This document shows positions 1 to 9,928 of a stretch of 64,000 bases of DNA, piece by piece (the first letter of the stretch is position 1; every line of letters begins with the position of its first letter). Source of the stretch: Planctomycetota bacterium (lineage in GTDB: Bacteria > Planctomycetota > Planctomycetia > Pirellulales > Pirellulaceae); contig JAPLNI010000023.1 of the NCBI GenBank assembly GCA_026692865.1, forward strand, positions 7,552-71,551. The letters run 5' to 3'. Below the pieces are notes generated by a model, which saw nothing but the letters and a program-made list of their open reading frames with translations, searched no databases and was not told where the DNA came from. The translations under genes and the position numbers were made by a program.

Positions 1-968
1 AGTAAGATATCTTCACGACGCGATCGAAGCGGAGGCAATCGCAACTCAATCCCTCGTAGCCGATAGTATAAATCAGATCGAAAACGATTCTGCTCCATCG
101 CGGACTCGAGATCCTGGTGCGTTGCACTAAGCACACGTACATCGACGGTGACTGTATCTTCACTTCCAACGGGGGTCATTGTCCCTTCCTGAAGGATTCG
201 CAGAAGACGCGTCTGCACACCTGAAGGCATGTCACCTATCTCATCCAAAAACAACGTGCCGCCATTCGCTTTTCGAAAGACTCCTTCACGATTCCGATCG
301 GCACCTGTGAACGCTCCGCGAATATGGCCGAATAACTCGCTTTCAATGAGGCTCTCAGAAATCGCAGCTGTATTGACGGCGACAAATGGCTTGTTGCTTC
401 GATCACTTAGCCTATGAAGTTCGCGAGCAACCAACTCCTTACCGGTGCCGCTCTCTCCGCGTATCAAGATTGGCAGTGAGGAGACGGCTGCGCGGCGAAC
501 TTGTTCAAACACCTTATGCATTGTCGCGCTCACACTAAACATTTCTCCCAGTTGAGGAACAGATTCGATCTGAGCACTTAATTGAGCCACATGCTGCTCG
601 AGCTCAAAGCGTTTCTGGCTGCGCGAGACAATCGATCGTACCTGTTCAATTTCATAGGGTTTTGTGATGAAATCAGCAGCCCCACGTCGAATGCATTCGA
701 CGGCCATTTCAATGTTGTCATTAGCGGTAAGCACAACAATCTCGGGACATACCCAATCCGGATGTGCTCGCATTTCCGCGAGGATTGATAGCCCGTCTCG
801 GTGGGGCATATTCAGATCGAGAAAAACTAAGTCCGCGCTGCTTGTACGAAGTAGGTCGAGTCCTCGCTGGCCATCGTCGGCTTCGATGATTTCACGCCCG
901 TGGCCGCGAACTGCACGATGGAGTGCGTATCGCGCCGTAGCGTCATCTTCGATGATCAGTATCTTCAT
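1..968 (-). CDS. sigma-54-dependent response regulator (NtrC/Fis family); C-terminus cut by window edge
   Basis: Minus-strand translation from ATG at 968 reads MKILIIEDDATARYAL... (receiver domain, phospho-Asp in FLDLNMP), then AAA+ sigma54-activator motifs GESGTGKELVARELH and GAFTGA. Its ATG overlaps the upstream HK stop (ATGA). Not in the ORF track because it runs off the window. Confidence 0.85.
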   Translation of the reverse strand, partial: MKILIIEDDATARYALHRAVRGHGREIIEADDGQRGLDLLRTSSADLVFLDLNMPHRDGLSILAEMRAHPDWVCPEIVVLTANDNIEMAVECIRRGAADFITKPYEIEQVRSIVSRSQKRFELEQHVAQLSAQIESVPQLGEMFSVSATMHKVFEQVRRAAVSSLPILIRGESGTGKELVARELHRLSDRSNKPFVAVNTAAISESLIESELFGHIRGAFTGADRNREGVFRKANGGTLFLDEIGDMPSGVQTRLLRILQEGTMTPVGSEDTVTVDVRVLSATHQDLESAMEQNRFRSDLYYRLRGIELRLPPLRSRREDIL

Positions 969-3229
969 ATGCTTCCTGGTTCTCCTAGTGGTAGCTCCAC
1001 GACAAACGTCGAACCACACCGCATTTCTGAAGTCACCCGAATCGTCCCTCGCAACTCTCGAACTCGCTCGGAGACGATGTACAACCCTAGACCAGTTCCA
1101 CTTGGCTTACTTGTTTCAAATGGCAAGAAAATGTTTGCCAGCCGGTCGGACGAGATTCCCGTTCCATTGTCGATGATGGTAACTCGATAAACCAAGTCTG
1201 TGGTTTCGCTGTTCACTTGGACATTCGCTTCACGACAATCCTTCGCCGCCTCCATCGCATTCTTAATAAGGTTCATAAAGATTTCGTTCATCGCGGCATC
1301 CGAAGCAAGAACTTTTGATTCTGGAGCATTTAATCGAACATCCAGTTTGATTCGTAGTTCTTTAGCATAATAGTCCATAATCGACAGGAGACGCGAGATG
1401 ACTCGATCGGGCTCGGTGACTACATTCTCGTATTCGGCTGGTTTTGCGAATTCGAGCATACGCTGCAGGGTTCTTGTCAGTCGATCGACTTCGGACACAA
1501 TCAAACGCAAGTCGTGCTGGTTAGGGTTCTCGCCCGAGAGATCTTCCGACACGAGGCTGGCTATTGTACGAATTGACGAAAGAGGGTTACGAAGTTCGTG
1601 TGCCAGAGAACCTGAAATCAAACCAAGCGTCGATAACTTTTCTTGCTGTAAGCTTCGTCGTTCCGCATGGCGTCGTAGCTCCTCATCATGATGGTTCTGT
1701 AACGTCGCCGCGAATTGATCGATGACCACCGACAATGAATTAATCTGTTCGTCAGCCAAACGATCGAAACGCCGACGACTGCCGAATAGAACCATTGCGT
1801 CAATAGTTTTGTATTGCATTGGAAAAGCGACATCGCAACGCAGCAATTCCATCTCGTTTGAAATCGCAACCGTCTCCTCTTCGCCTCGCTCCATGGACTT
1901 CAAACTCACTTTGAAGTGATCCAACAGAACCGTAAACGAGTTGTCTCGCAATTTCGTGCTGTCAACACCAGTGTCAGGATGGGCTGATGAAAACGCATTT
2001 TTTCCTGAGCCGTATGCTCTAGCCTCGGGTGGCACGTAGCCATTCGATTCTGAGTGCGCAAGAACGCTCAAATTCCGGGATGAACCCGTGGCTATCGATA
2101 TCGGCTCAGTTTTCATCTGGCCGGCCTCATACCGCCGCAGGCCTCGCATGTTGCGATCGGAGGAGCGATGAACGATGCAAGCCCAACTTAGTTCAAATCG
2201 CTCCCTTAGTTGATGCACAAACCAGTCACAATGAACATCTGTGCTAACGACAGGCCGCTGAGCAACTTCCCGGGCGAGCGAGCGAGTCGAGTCACGAACG
2301 CGGAAGGCATTGGGACTGAGCAAAAAACGAAGCGACTCCGCGGCTCGTCTCCGTAATGGTCGAATCCACCATATAAGTGACGTCACCACCAACACTTCGA
2401 TGATAATGAAATCGACATCAAACCGCTCTCGCATCGAGATCATGATCGGCGTAATGATTAATCGATGCAGAAGCAGAATGCTAAGAACAATTCCACCATA
2501 AATAATCGATTGTTCAAAGACAACCGGCAGCAGCCGACTCTTGAATGTGAACCAAACAAACACCACGGCTGGAATGAGCGGTAACATACTTACTGCGACG
2601 CGGCAAAACGGTTCCCATCGCGTCCCTATCGATCCCACCGCATAAACTGCGACTCCAACGGTAAGTAGCACAAGAAGGCCACTATTAAGTAGAAAAAACT
2701 TCTTTGCAATGAGATTGGGAACCCGGACACCAACTCGCAGGAATAAGACAGCGGAGAGAACGTTTGCGATTGCGAGCCATCCCAGATATACGATCGTCAG
2801 TGGCTGGACACTTGCGATAAAGTCCCCTGCGGGTCCGTTGTAAATTAGCCATGCGGCATAACCCAGCAATATAATTGGAGCATAAAGAAGGCAGTATCTC
2901 CAATCTGTTTTCTCAAGCCGCAGACCTTCGTCGGCATTAAAATCACGAAGCCTAATCGCAGCATGTAACATTGCTGATGGCATCAATAGCAAACCTGCGC
3001 AAAGCAATCCCATCGCAACCCTATCCAGTGCGACCGCAGATGTGTTGTGTTCCGACTGTAACAAGACGCGAAGAAAGTATCCAAAGTGATAAAGAATAGC
3101 CCCACCGACCAACCATTTTAGCCATGGTGCAACTTGCGTTCGATTGATCGGCTGAGTGAGTAATAGCAGCAAGACGATTTCGAACAGTCCAGCAAACCCA
3201 ACTACCAAGGGCTCCAATCGATCAATCAT
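965..3229 (-). CDS. sensor histidine kinase with large N-terminal polytopic membrane sensor region
   Basis: 754 aa. About 8 hydrophobic helices in the first ~300 aa. C-terminal HisKA/HATPase motifs: H-box HELRNPLSSIRT, N-box NLIKNAMEA, G1 DNGTGI, G2 GTGLGL. ATGA overlap with the downstream regulator. Confidence 0.85.
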   Translation of the reverse strand: MIDRLEPLVVGFAGLFEIVLLLLLTQPINRTQVAPWLKWLVGGAILYHFGYFLRVLLQSEHNTSAVALDRVAMGLLCAGLLLMPSAMLHAAIRLRDFNADEGLRLEKTDWRYCLLYAPIILLGYAAWLIYNGPAGDFIASVQPLTIVYLGWLAIANVLSAVLFLRVGVRVPNLIAKKFFLLNSGLLVLLTVGVAVYAVGSIGTRWEPFCRVAVSMLPLIPAVVFVWFTFKSRLLPVVFEQSIIYGGIVLSILLLHRLIITPIMISMRERFDVDFIIIEVLVVTSLIWWIRPLRRRAAESLRFLLSPNAFRVRDSTRSLAREVAQRPVVSTDVHCDWFVHQLRERFELSWACIVHRSSDRNMRGLRRYEAGQMKTEPISIATGSSRNLSVLAHSESNGYVPPEARAYGSGKNAFSSAHPDTGVDSTKLRDNSFTVLLDHFKVSLKSMERGEEETVAISNEMELLRCDVAFPMQYKTIDAMVLFGSRRRFDRLADEQINSLSVVIDQFAATLQNHHDEELRRHAERRSLQQEKLSTLGLISGSLAHELRNPLSSIRTIASLVSEDLSGENPNQHDLRLIVSEVDRLTRTLQRMLEFAKPAEYENVVTEPDRVISRLLSIMDYYAKELRIKLDVRLNAPESKVLASDAAMNEIFMNLIKNAMEAAKDCREANVQVNSETTDLVYRVTIIDNGTGISSDRLANIFLPFETSKPSGTGLGLYIVSERVRELRGTIRVTSEMRCGSTFVVELPLGEPGSI

Positions 3230-3587
3230 GCGTCAATTCTCGGTGACTGATCGGAACAATCTCATCGTTACTGATCTCGATTTCTTGAAGTCCAAAAGTT
3301 GTATTCATTCGAAGTTTACCCGTTAATCGTATTGTCGGTTCTGTTTGAGCATTCAGGATCAATTCGTGTGGATCTGTCGAACGGTCAACCACATTGGAAA
3401 GGACCAATCGAACACAAGATTCTGACTCTCGTTCCCACACAACTTCATGACCAATAACTTCGAAGATCGACTCCTCCCAAAGGAATCGATCTCCTTTCTC
3501 TAATCGCCCCATTCGGCCAGTGTGGGTACTTATCCTAATCCGGTCAACACCCAACCAAGTACCAAGCATTACTAAGAAGGAAATCAT
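3222..3587 (-). CDS. hypothetical 121-aa protein immediately upstream of (8-bp overlap with) the HK gene
   Basis: ORF only; same strand and tight spacing with the HK; no recognisable motif. Confidence 0.3.
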   Translation of the reverse strand: MISFLVMLGTWLGVDRIRISTHTGRMGRLEKGDRFLWEESIFEVIGHEVVWERESESCVRLVLSNVVDRSTDPHELILNAQTEPTIRLTGKLRMNTTFGLQEIEISNDEIVPISHRELTHD

Positions 3588-3789
3588 ATTCGTATACCGT
3601 CGAGCAATCGTCCCAACCTAAACTATTGATACGCCTCGCGCGTAGCAGAAGTCGTTAGACCTCTGAATTACCCACATCTTGGCCTTATCTCATACTTGAA
3701 CTCAATGAAATGGTACTCGGACTCGAAGTCCTCATACCATCAAGTTCTATTGGTTCCTTCCGGAGTCTTACGAATCCGGATACTCGACT

Positions 3790-4461
3790 TCAAACTATCC
3801 CTTGTTTCAGCATAGCCAATTCTGTTTCGATTTTCGATTGGCGTTCCTGTTTTTCGAATTCCCTTTCGATCTCGCTTTCAGGAATTGCGTCCCCATCCAT
3901 TTCGGTCCACGCTTGAATCTTGGCTTCTTGTCGATCGACACGATCCTCAAGCCTTTGAAACTGGGCAAACGCTGATTTTTGGTCTGTTCGTTCCATCGCG
4001 GTGTGAAGTTTGGTCGTAGTTCTCGCTCTGGCTAACCTCGCGACCAGAAGTGTCTTTTTATGCTGAGCTTGTCGAATCTTGTCCTCTAAATCACGGATCG
4101 AGGACTTCAGCTTCTCTACTTCCGTCGCTTGCTTGTCGTGGTCGGCAGTGTACTGCGCTAGGCGTTGAGTTGATGCCAACTTTTGCTCGAGCGCAGTTCG
4201 CGCAGTCGACTCGTCTCCACGCCCCATGGCGATCGTGGCTCGTTCAAGCCACTTTGCCTCTTCGGCACGCTCACGTTCAATTCTTTTCCGCATGAGTATT
4301 TCATCTGCTACCGCTTCGGCGACACTCGAGCGAACCGAGTCTAACTCGGATTGCATATCGACGATCAGCTGATGCAACATTCTTTCGGGATCTTCGATCT
4401 GTTCACGCAAAGCCGTAACACTTGATCGCATAACCAATGAAAACTGAGATAACCAAGCCAT
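3790..4461 (-). CDS. pspA: PspA/IM30 (phage-shock protein A / Vipp1) family protein
   Basis: 223 aa, all coiled-coil. N-terminus MAWLSQFSLVMRSSVTALREQIEDPERMLHQLIVDMQSEL matches the PspA signature ([40 protein letters not shown]). Confidence 0.85.
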   Translation of the reverse strand: MAWLSQFSLVMRSSVTALREQIEDPERMLHQLIVDMQSELDSVRSSVAEAVADEILMRKRIERERAEEAKWLERATIAMGRGDESTARTALEQKLASTQRLAQYTADHDKQATEVEKLKSSIRDLEDKIRQAQHKKTLLVARLARARTTTKLHTAMERTDQKSAFAQFQRLEDRVDRQEAKIQAWTEMDGDAIPESEIEREFEKQERQSKIETELAMLKQGIV

Positions 4462-4513
4462 AATCTAATTCCTTAAGTGAGAAACAAAACAGACAATTCA
4501 AACAACAAACGCA

Positions 4514-7500
4514 TCAGTTCCAATTCGCTAGTTCGGAACTCAAAAACCGCATTCGCGAGAGTAATCGTTCGCGGTAGACTTCACAAATCGCAGCCATCGC
4601 CATGACGAGCAGTCCTAGCGATAATCCACTCACCCATAGCATCTGCGGGTGATCGATTGCAGAGCGAGCGAGCATCGCAAGGAGGTCCGCGAACAAGAAC
4701 GCAATTCCAGTGAACATCAAAACTCGAACACGCAATCCGATCGCAATCAGTACAACAAGAACCGATAGCACCATCAGCGAAAACATATGCCACCAACTGC
4801 CTCCAAGAATATCGAAGACGGGTGAGACGAGAATGAATAAGGAACCGACGATTCGAATCGGTTTATGAGCCGACTGAGGTATCTCATGCTTCATCAGTTC
4901 AACCAATCCGAGAATCGAGATGCCGATTGGAGCCAAGTACAGTTGGAGATCCTCGAAACCCCACATTCGATTCAAGTTTGCAATCCCAATGTTTACCATG
5001 GTGATCGCTAACCAGACATGCCAGCGTCGGCCAGTCGTCCAGCCTTGATAGGCATGCGAAAACGCAGCGACAAAGATCGCCAATGCTGTCCACGGCATAT
5101 TTTTCGGTAGAAAGAATAGTGAAAAGACTCCAACACTAGTGACCAACAGGGTAAGCGTGAGGCCAACAACTAGCAAAGGTCTCGATGCGATTTGGAACGA
5201 CTCAGATTCCGTACAAATCTTACTCAGCCACTGCATCAGCAATCCGACTAAAACAGCAACTAACACTCCATATCCACTGTTTACGAATAGCCAACCATGG
5301 ACCAGCAAAATCAATGCACACACACCAACAATCTCCATGGCCAACCACACACCGACCTCGCTTCGCTCCCGAGTTGCGACTAAGAATTCCTGGACCGCCA
5401 TCGTGAGGGTCGCGAAAATCAATAGAACGACCGAGGTCACCGAGAGCTCAGCGACTGCGAAGAGACTTAGTAAGAGTGCGAACGAGCTTAGGCGAAGTAG
5501 CTCACTCCAAACAGCGTGACAGAGTGGATGGAACCGCAAGCCGAAACTTCGAATCAACACACTGTTCACTACCATCACGACCAATAAGCTGGGAATCTGA
5601 CGCGATACCGTGTCTTCTCCCCACAACAGCTGATTCGCGAGAGCATGAGCATCGATTCCGATCGCTGGAAGAATTGCCATCAATACAACTGCATTCGCCC
5701 AGATACATCCTAAAGTAAACCTTTTCGTTTCCACTTCAGGCTGGTAAAGCAAATAGAGCGATACTAACGATATCAAGCCTGTAATCTGAATCGGTATTGA
5801 AAACATACAAACGCTAAAGACACATAGAATCCCCAAAAAGGGACCTAGAACGCTTGGAACGTAAGTTGTCAGTTCACTTGACAGTTCACTCGTCGTCGCT
5901 TCATTTACCACATCGCTCTCTACTCGCAAAGCTTGTTCACATCGACGAGGAATGACCCCTGCGACAAACAACGTGATCGCCCAAATGAGTGCTGAGTAGC
6001 GAAGGTCTGAGGCTACATAGCCATTTGACTGTAGGAATGACGACACGAGTAAGGGTGATGCAACCACGAGAAGTGCTGTGACGGTGCGACTCTTGAGTAC
6101 ACCAATCGCAAACAGCATCCAAACCAGTACAACTATTCCGCTGGTGAGTAAGCCACTGTGATCCATTGCGAGACTCGCTTGGAGCAAAGCAACTCCATGG
6201 ACCGATAACATTCCGGCAATAAAAAGTGTCGCCAAGTCAGCAAGCGGGAGAAGCAACGCCATCCATGGGTTGGCGTTCGCCCTGGATGAAGAGTTGGTTT
6301 TAGATTCTATGTTGGCAACCGTCAGACCAAGTAATCTCCGTTCGTTGTTCCAGTCGATCGCAAGGGTGCGTCGAACTCCGATTACGGCTAAGTAACCAAA
6401 GATCGAAACGCTAACCGACACATAAGCGATCGCGTCAATCAGTTCGCTAAGACTCCAGTTCATCGCACACATCACACTTGCGATGACAACGAGCGTTACT
6501 AGTGAGAAAGCGAGGCCTGCTAGGTAGTGCCTCGTATCCCTTACGGTAATGAGTGTTGCAATGCCGCAAAGGAATGCTACGGTGTACTGAGGTGTTGTGA
6601 TGTCGTCGCCGAGACGACTTACCGACAGTCCAACCCAGATGCTTCCCAGAGCTAGCATGACTAGCATGCCCCAGCATCGACCCACAGAAACGTAAGTTCC
6701 ATCGCGCCAAGTTGGCCACGGAAGCCATTGACTGGTCGGCAACGGCACTCGTTCCAGCCATCGATCGACAGGAACGATGAGAAGCCCGCATCCGGCGATC
6801 CCTAAGCAAGTTCCGATATGAAAGATGTCGATCCAATTCCCAAGCATAGCGTTGATATAGGGAACGAGGAACGCTACGGCGATCGTCCCCGTAAGAAGAC
6901 TGAAGGCTGCGTAACGGCGATCTTGCCAGTTGATCGCATAGAATAGAAACAAAACACAGTGCACAATCGGGATAAGGAAGGCTGCCTTGAAATGAGTCAG
7001 AGACAGTGGCATCAGCAATAGCGTCAATCCGGTTGCGGCAACTTGGAGAGGTCTTGCAAAATGCGACTGCTTCCCAAGTAAACGACTCGCGACGGACCAT
7101 GCAAGTAACAAAGGTAGATAAGTGAGACCGTAGAACGCGTAAGGCAAGCGTTCCTCCGACAACGATTCCGCGGCAACGGTTATGACTTGCTTTGCAAAGG
7201 TCGAGACCAAGGTTGGAGCCACTTGATAGCAGATCGCCATGAGCACAATAGCCAGCCATGTGAACCCTGAACTGCGACTGTCACGTGCGGCGATCAACGC
7301 CAACACGGAAGCCAAAGCCGCAGTTGGCACGACGGCCTTCGTAGTCGGTCCAACCCAATGGAATCCATGGAACGAAACAGCGACTCCAGCTAACCCAATC
7401 ACTAAAGAAACGAAGGTAGGAATAACTATCGCGACTGGAATCGTCGTAATGAGTCCACCTGTACGAGCTCGAAAAACAGATGCGACTGTTCTTGCAGTGA

Positions 7501-8257
7501 GCATGATCGGAACGGCACATAGAACAAGCCCGAACCCAAGCCACTCGATATGTTCCATCCAATCTAACTTGGTTGCCAACAGCGCAAACATTTGCGAGCC
7601 AAGTAGAAGAATCGGCAAGAAACCGAATACCATTGGTTTGCGATACTGCTCGGCAAGCCAGAAGACATGGCGATTGACTTTGACGATGCCGATTGTACCA
7701 ACCGCCCATATCACCGCTCCGGCAACTAGGTTGCTATCTGCCATCACTGGCAAAGCACCTGCGATTGCGAGCGCTAGGTATGCGGCTTGAAAGGCTATTT
7801 GCCGGCCCCGCAGAAAGTGGCTCAAAACGCGACCAGAGATTACTGCCGCGAAAATCCCGCCACCAATCAGAAGCGGGACGAGAGAAGCAAAGTTGTTTGA
7901 GGCATTCGCGGAAAGCCATGGTAATGAAAAGAAGCTAATCGGTAGAAGTATAAGAGTCAGCATTTTCAAAACAGTCGACGTCGAACGCAAGCCTAATAGC
8001 TTGTCGCTCGCTTCGGCAAATCCATAGACAACACCGATATAGGCTAGGATCGAGAGAAACTTAAGGACCGTAGACCATTCGGCCCATTGCTGCACAACGA
8101 GCTTCAATGAAGAGACGGCGACAATCGCTGCGCCGACGAAAAGCATCCACTTGATATTCGACTCATGAAAGAATGCAGAGATGAATTTCTCAGCGAGCGA
8201 AGCCGGTCGCAATTGCGCGACTTCCGTTTCATCGTGGTCATTGGTTATTTGGTTCAT
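4514..8257 (-). CDS. giant polytopic inner-membrane protein (1247 aa, roughly 30-35 predicted TM helices), function unknown
   Basis: Long uninterrupted ORF, almost entirely hydrophobic helices separated by short Arg/Lys-containing loops. Ends 52 bp upstream of pspA on the same strand. Possibly a DUF2339-like family, not verifiable here. Confidence 0.8.
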   Translation of the reverse strand: MNQITNDHDETEVAQLRPASLAEKFISAFFHESNIKWMLFVGAAIVAVSSLKLVVQQWAEWSTVLKFLSILAYIGVVYGFAEASDKLLGLRSTSTVLKMLTLILLPISFFSLPWLSANASNNFASLVPLLIGGGIFAAVISGRVLSHFLRGRQIAFQAAYLALAIAGALPVMADSNLVAGAVIWAVGTIGIVKVNRHVFWLAEQYRKPMVFGFLPILLLGSQMFALLATKLDWMEHIEWLGFGLVLCAVPIMLTARTVASVFRARTGGLITTIPVAIVIPTFVSLVIGLAGVAVSFHGFHWVGPTTKAVVPTAALASVLALIAARDSRSSGFTWLAIVLMAICYQVAPTLVSTFAKQVITVAAESLSEERLPYAFYGLTYLPLLLAWSVASRLLGKQSHFARPLQVAATGLTLLLMPLSLTHFKAAFLIPIVHCVLFLFYAINWQDRRYAAFSLLTGTIAVAFLVPYINAMLGNWIDIFHIGTCLGIAGCGLLIVPVDRWLERVPLPTSQWLPWPTWRDGTYVSVGRCWGMLVMLALGSIWVGLSVSRLGDDITTPQYTVAFLCGIATLITVRDTRHYLAGLAFSLVTLVVIASVMCAMNWSLSELIDAIAYVSVSVSIFGYLAVIGVRRTLAIDWNNERRLLGLTVANIESKTNSSSRANANPWMALLLPLADLATLFIAGMLSVHGVALLQASLAMDHSGLLTSGIVVLVWMLFAIGVLKSRTVTALLVVASPLLVSSFLQSNGYVASDLRYSALIWAITLFVAGVIPRRCEQALRVESDVVNEATTSELSSELTTYVPSVLGPFLGILCVFSVCMFSIPIQITGLISLVSLYLLYQPEVETKRFTLGCIWANAVVLMAILPAIGIDAHALANQLLWGEDTVSRQIPSLLVVMVVNSVLIRSFGLRFHPLCHAVWSELLRLSSFALLLSLFAVAELSVTSVVLLIFATLTMAVQEFLVATRERSEVGVWLAMEIVGVCALILLVHGWLFVNSGYGVLVAVLVGLLMQWLSKICTESESFQIASRPLLVVGLTLTLLVTSVGVFSLFFLPKNMPWTALAIFVAAFSHAYQGWTTGRRWHVWLAITMVNIGIANLNRMWGFEDLQLYLAPIGISILGLVELMKHEIPQSAHKPIRIVGSLFILVSPVFDILGGSWWHMFSLMVLSVLVVLIAIGLRVRVLMFTGIAFLFADLLAMLARSAIDHPQMLWVSGLSLGLLVMAMAAICEVYRERLLSRMRFLSSELANWN

Positions 8258-8471
8258 CGCAGAGGTTCCCAGTAGCGAACGGTTTGGCCTTTTCCCGAGT
8301 CATTTCGGGATTCGCTTTACCTCTTTAACAAACGCCGTGCCGTCACGAATGGACCGCACAAATGCAATCGCAAACTATTTTCCTAAAAGCACTTGCGGCG
8401 TTTACGTTCGATTCCAAGAAAACAAGCAGATGCCAGAGATGCAGCGCGCAGACTGCGTTCAAGTGCATGTC

Positions 8472-9056
8472 TCAAGTAGCAGCGCATCGACGGAGCCAAA
8501 CGACATAACAAAACGATCTGACAATCGATTGCTGTCTTAAGATTCGATTCGCGGAGCGGGTAACGGGCATCCGATCGTGGATGCTTGCCATGAGCGAGTT
8601 GGGATTCGTTGTGATGATGGTAGTCGATTCGATCCAATACCCAGTTGGTTCTTTCCATTGCTCCCAGAGGCCTGCGAATGCAAAGGTGGATCGACTTCTC
8701 AGCGTGATCAGGAAAGGAATTTTTACTTTTTCGAACCTGGACCATTTATAGAATACATCTGCGATCACTAAACAACGCCGACGTTTAAAGGCTGTTCGAA
8801 ACGAAGGTTTTTCGGCGATGGTTTCAGCTCGAGCGTTTATCAGGCTGTTACCGATCTTCGCATCTTTAGCCCAAGACGGAATCAAACCCCATCGCATCCA
8901 AACTGGTTCACGCCCTTCCTTGCTTTGCCTAACTGCGAGTACCTGTTGCGTTGGAGCAATGTTCTATCGAACGGCGACATCGGTAGGAGGTCTTATCAAC
9001 TGGAATATGCGAACGAGCTCGCTCGAAGAAGTATGTAATGTATAACAACCGCAAAT
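8472..9056 (-). pseudogene. SOS-response-associated peptidase (SRAP/YedK, DUF159) pseudogene
   Basis: In-frame translation gives ICGCYTL...SSEL...PPTDVAVR*NIAPTQQVLAV...EPVWMRWGLIPSWAKD...LINARAETIAEKPSFRTAFK...FAFAGLWEQW...TTIITTNPN...IHDRMPV. This is collinear with YedK (MCGRY..RYNIAPTQ..WGYAPGWW..INARVET..HDRRP). The position of the essential Met1-Cys2 start is ATT (Ile). A TAG (8966..8964) replaces the conserved Tyr of RYNIAPTQ. The C-terminus after HDRMPV has lost similarity. Confidence 0.55.
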
Positions 9057-9123
9057 TCGATAGACTTGCTGCTTCAGGACTCATATAAGAAGAAAAGCAT
9101 CACGTCGACAATCACTTCATTGG

Positions 9124-9696
9124 TCAACGAATCTCATCAGATTCTAACAGAACTTCGTTAAGCAACCCGACCAATCCTATGTTCAGTGCATGCGTTCGAA
9201 TGACGTCTTGTTGTGTGCTATCGCAGTTACGAAAGATGCCACGAAAATCACGTCGACTTCGTTGGCTGCCTTTGTCAATCCAAATGAGTTTGGACAAGGC
9301 TGCATCTATGCGCGACACAACTGGCAAAAAGATTCCGTCAAACAATTCGAGCGATTGTGATCGTCCGAGTTCGCCCGGTATTAACTCACGCGGGTACACA
9401 TCCAGTTTCAAACACTCGGATTTATCGAGTAACTGAAATAGATCGTTTTCTTGAATTGCTTTTCGGACTACAGGCTCAGTGAACCAAAAATCCGATACCA
9501 CTAGTTGCTCAATTAGGTCATCGACGCGTTGCTTTGCTGTGGTAGGCGATACGACGATGTCGATGTCTTGTGTTAGTCGTGGCTCGCCATAAGCTGAACT
9601 TATTGACCCTCCTGTCAAATGAAAAGGGAGCTCAATTGCAGTGGCAATTTGAACGAACTTTTCAATCGTTCTTTGAAACGCTTCAACGGGAAACAT
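9124..9696 (-). CDS. nucleotidyltransferase-fold protein (AbiEii / minimal-NTase-like)
   Basis: 190 aa. Motif HLTGGSISSAYGEPRLTQDIDIVV equals the pol-beta-type NTase signature hG[GS]x9-13Dh[DE]h (AbiEii pattern GG[ST]A..Y....R.S.DID). Confidence 0.6.
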   Translation of the reverse strand: MFPVEAFQRTIEKFVQIATAIELPFHLTGGSISSAYGEPRLTQDIDIVVSPTTAKQRVDDLIEQLVVSDFWFTEPVVRKAIQENDLFQLLDKSECLKLDVYPRELIPGELGRSQSLELFDGIFLPVVSRIDAALSKLIWIDKGSQRSRRDFRGIFRNCDSTQQDVIRTHALNIGLVGLLNEVLLESDEIR

Positions 9697-9928
9697 GTTG
9701 AAGATATTCCTCTATGAGTCTGATCACGTCCGGCTCGTGCTCATAGAGTTTCAAGGCAACCTGCCACCTTACATGCTCGTCCGAAAGAGTCGGATTCGCA
9801 TTGCGAAATTGCCTAGCCATTTGCTGCCGAGTCCAAGCGAGCATCGCTGCGCTTCGTGCCATTTTGTCTGCCGGCGACATCGCGTCGATACGCTTTTGGT
9901 ATTCGAGTTCTACGTCCGTTACGATCAC
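9683..9928 (-). CDS. hypothetical 81-aa helical protein, upstream partner overlapping the NTase gene by 14 bp
   Basis: ORF plus operonic overlap with the NTase gene. Small charged alpha-helical protein. Confidence 0.4.
   Translation of the reverse strand: MIVTDVELEYQKRIDAMSPADKMARSAAMLAWTRQQMARQFRNANPTLSDEHVRWQVALKLYEHEPDVIRLIEEYLQHVSR

Noticed and set aside
229-1190. Plus-strand ORFs 229..417, 582..788, 664..1176, 900..1190
   Set aside because: They lie antisense to the well-supported response-regulator and HK genes. Arg/Ser/Pro-rich shadow composition.
6447-7790. ORFs 6447..7259 (-), 7239..7790 (+), 7281..7709 (-) inside the giant membrane-protein gene
   Set aside because: They overlap the 1247-aa ORF in alternative or antisense frames with low-complexity Arg/Ser/Cys-rich translations.
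3588-8470. Sigma54 (-24/-12) promoter upstream of pspA or the giant membrane gene
   Set aside because: Only a weak TGGacc-N11-tGCaa on the wrong strand near 8360. No convincing TGGCAC-N5-TTGCW on the minus strand by eye. Needs a proper scan.
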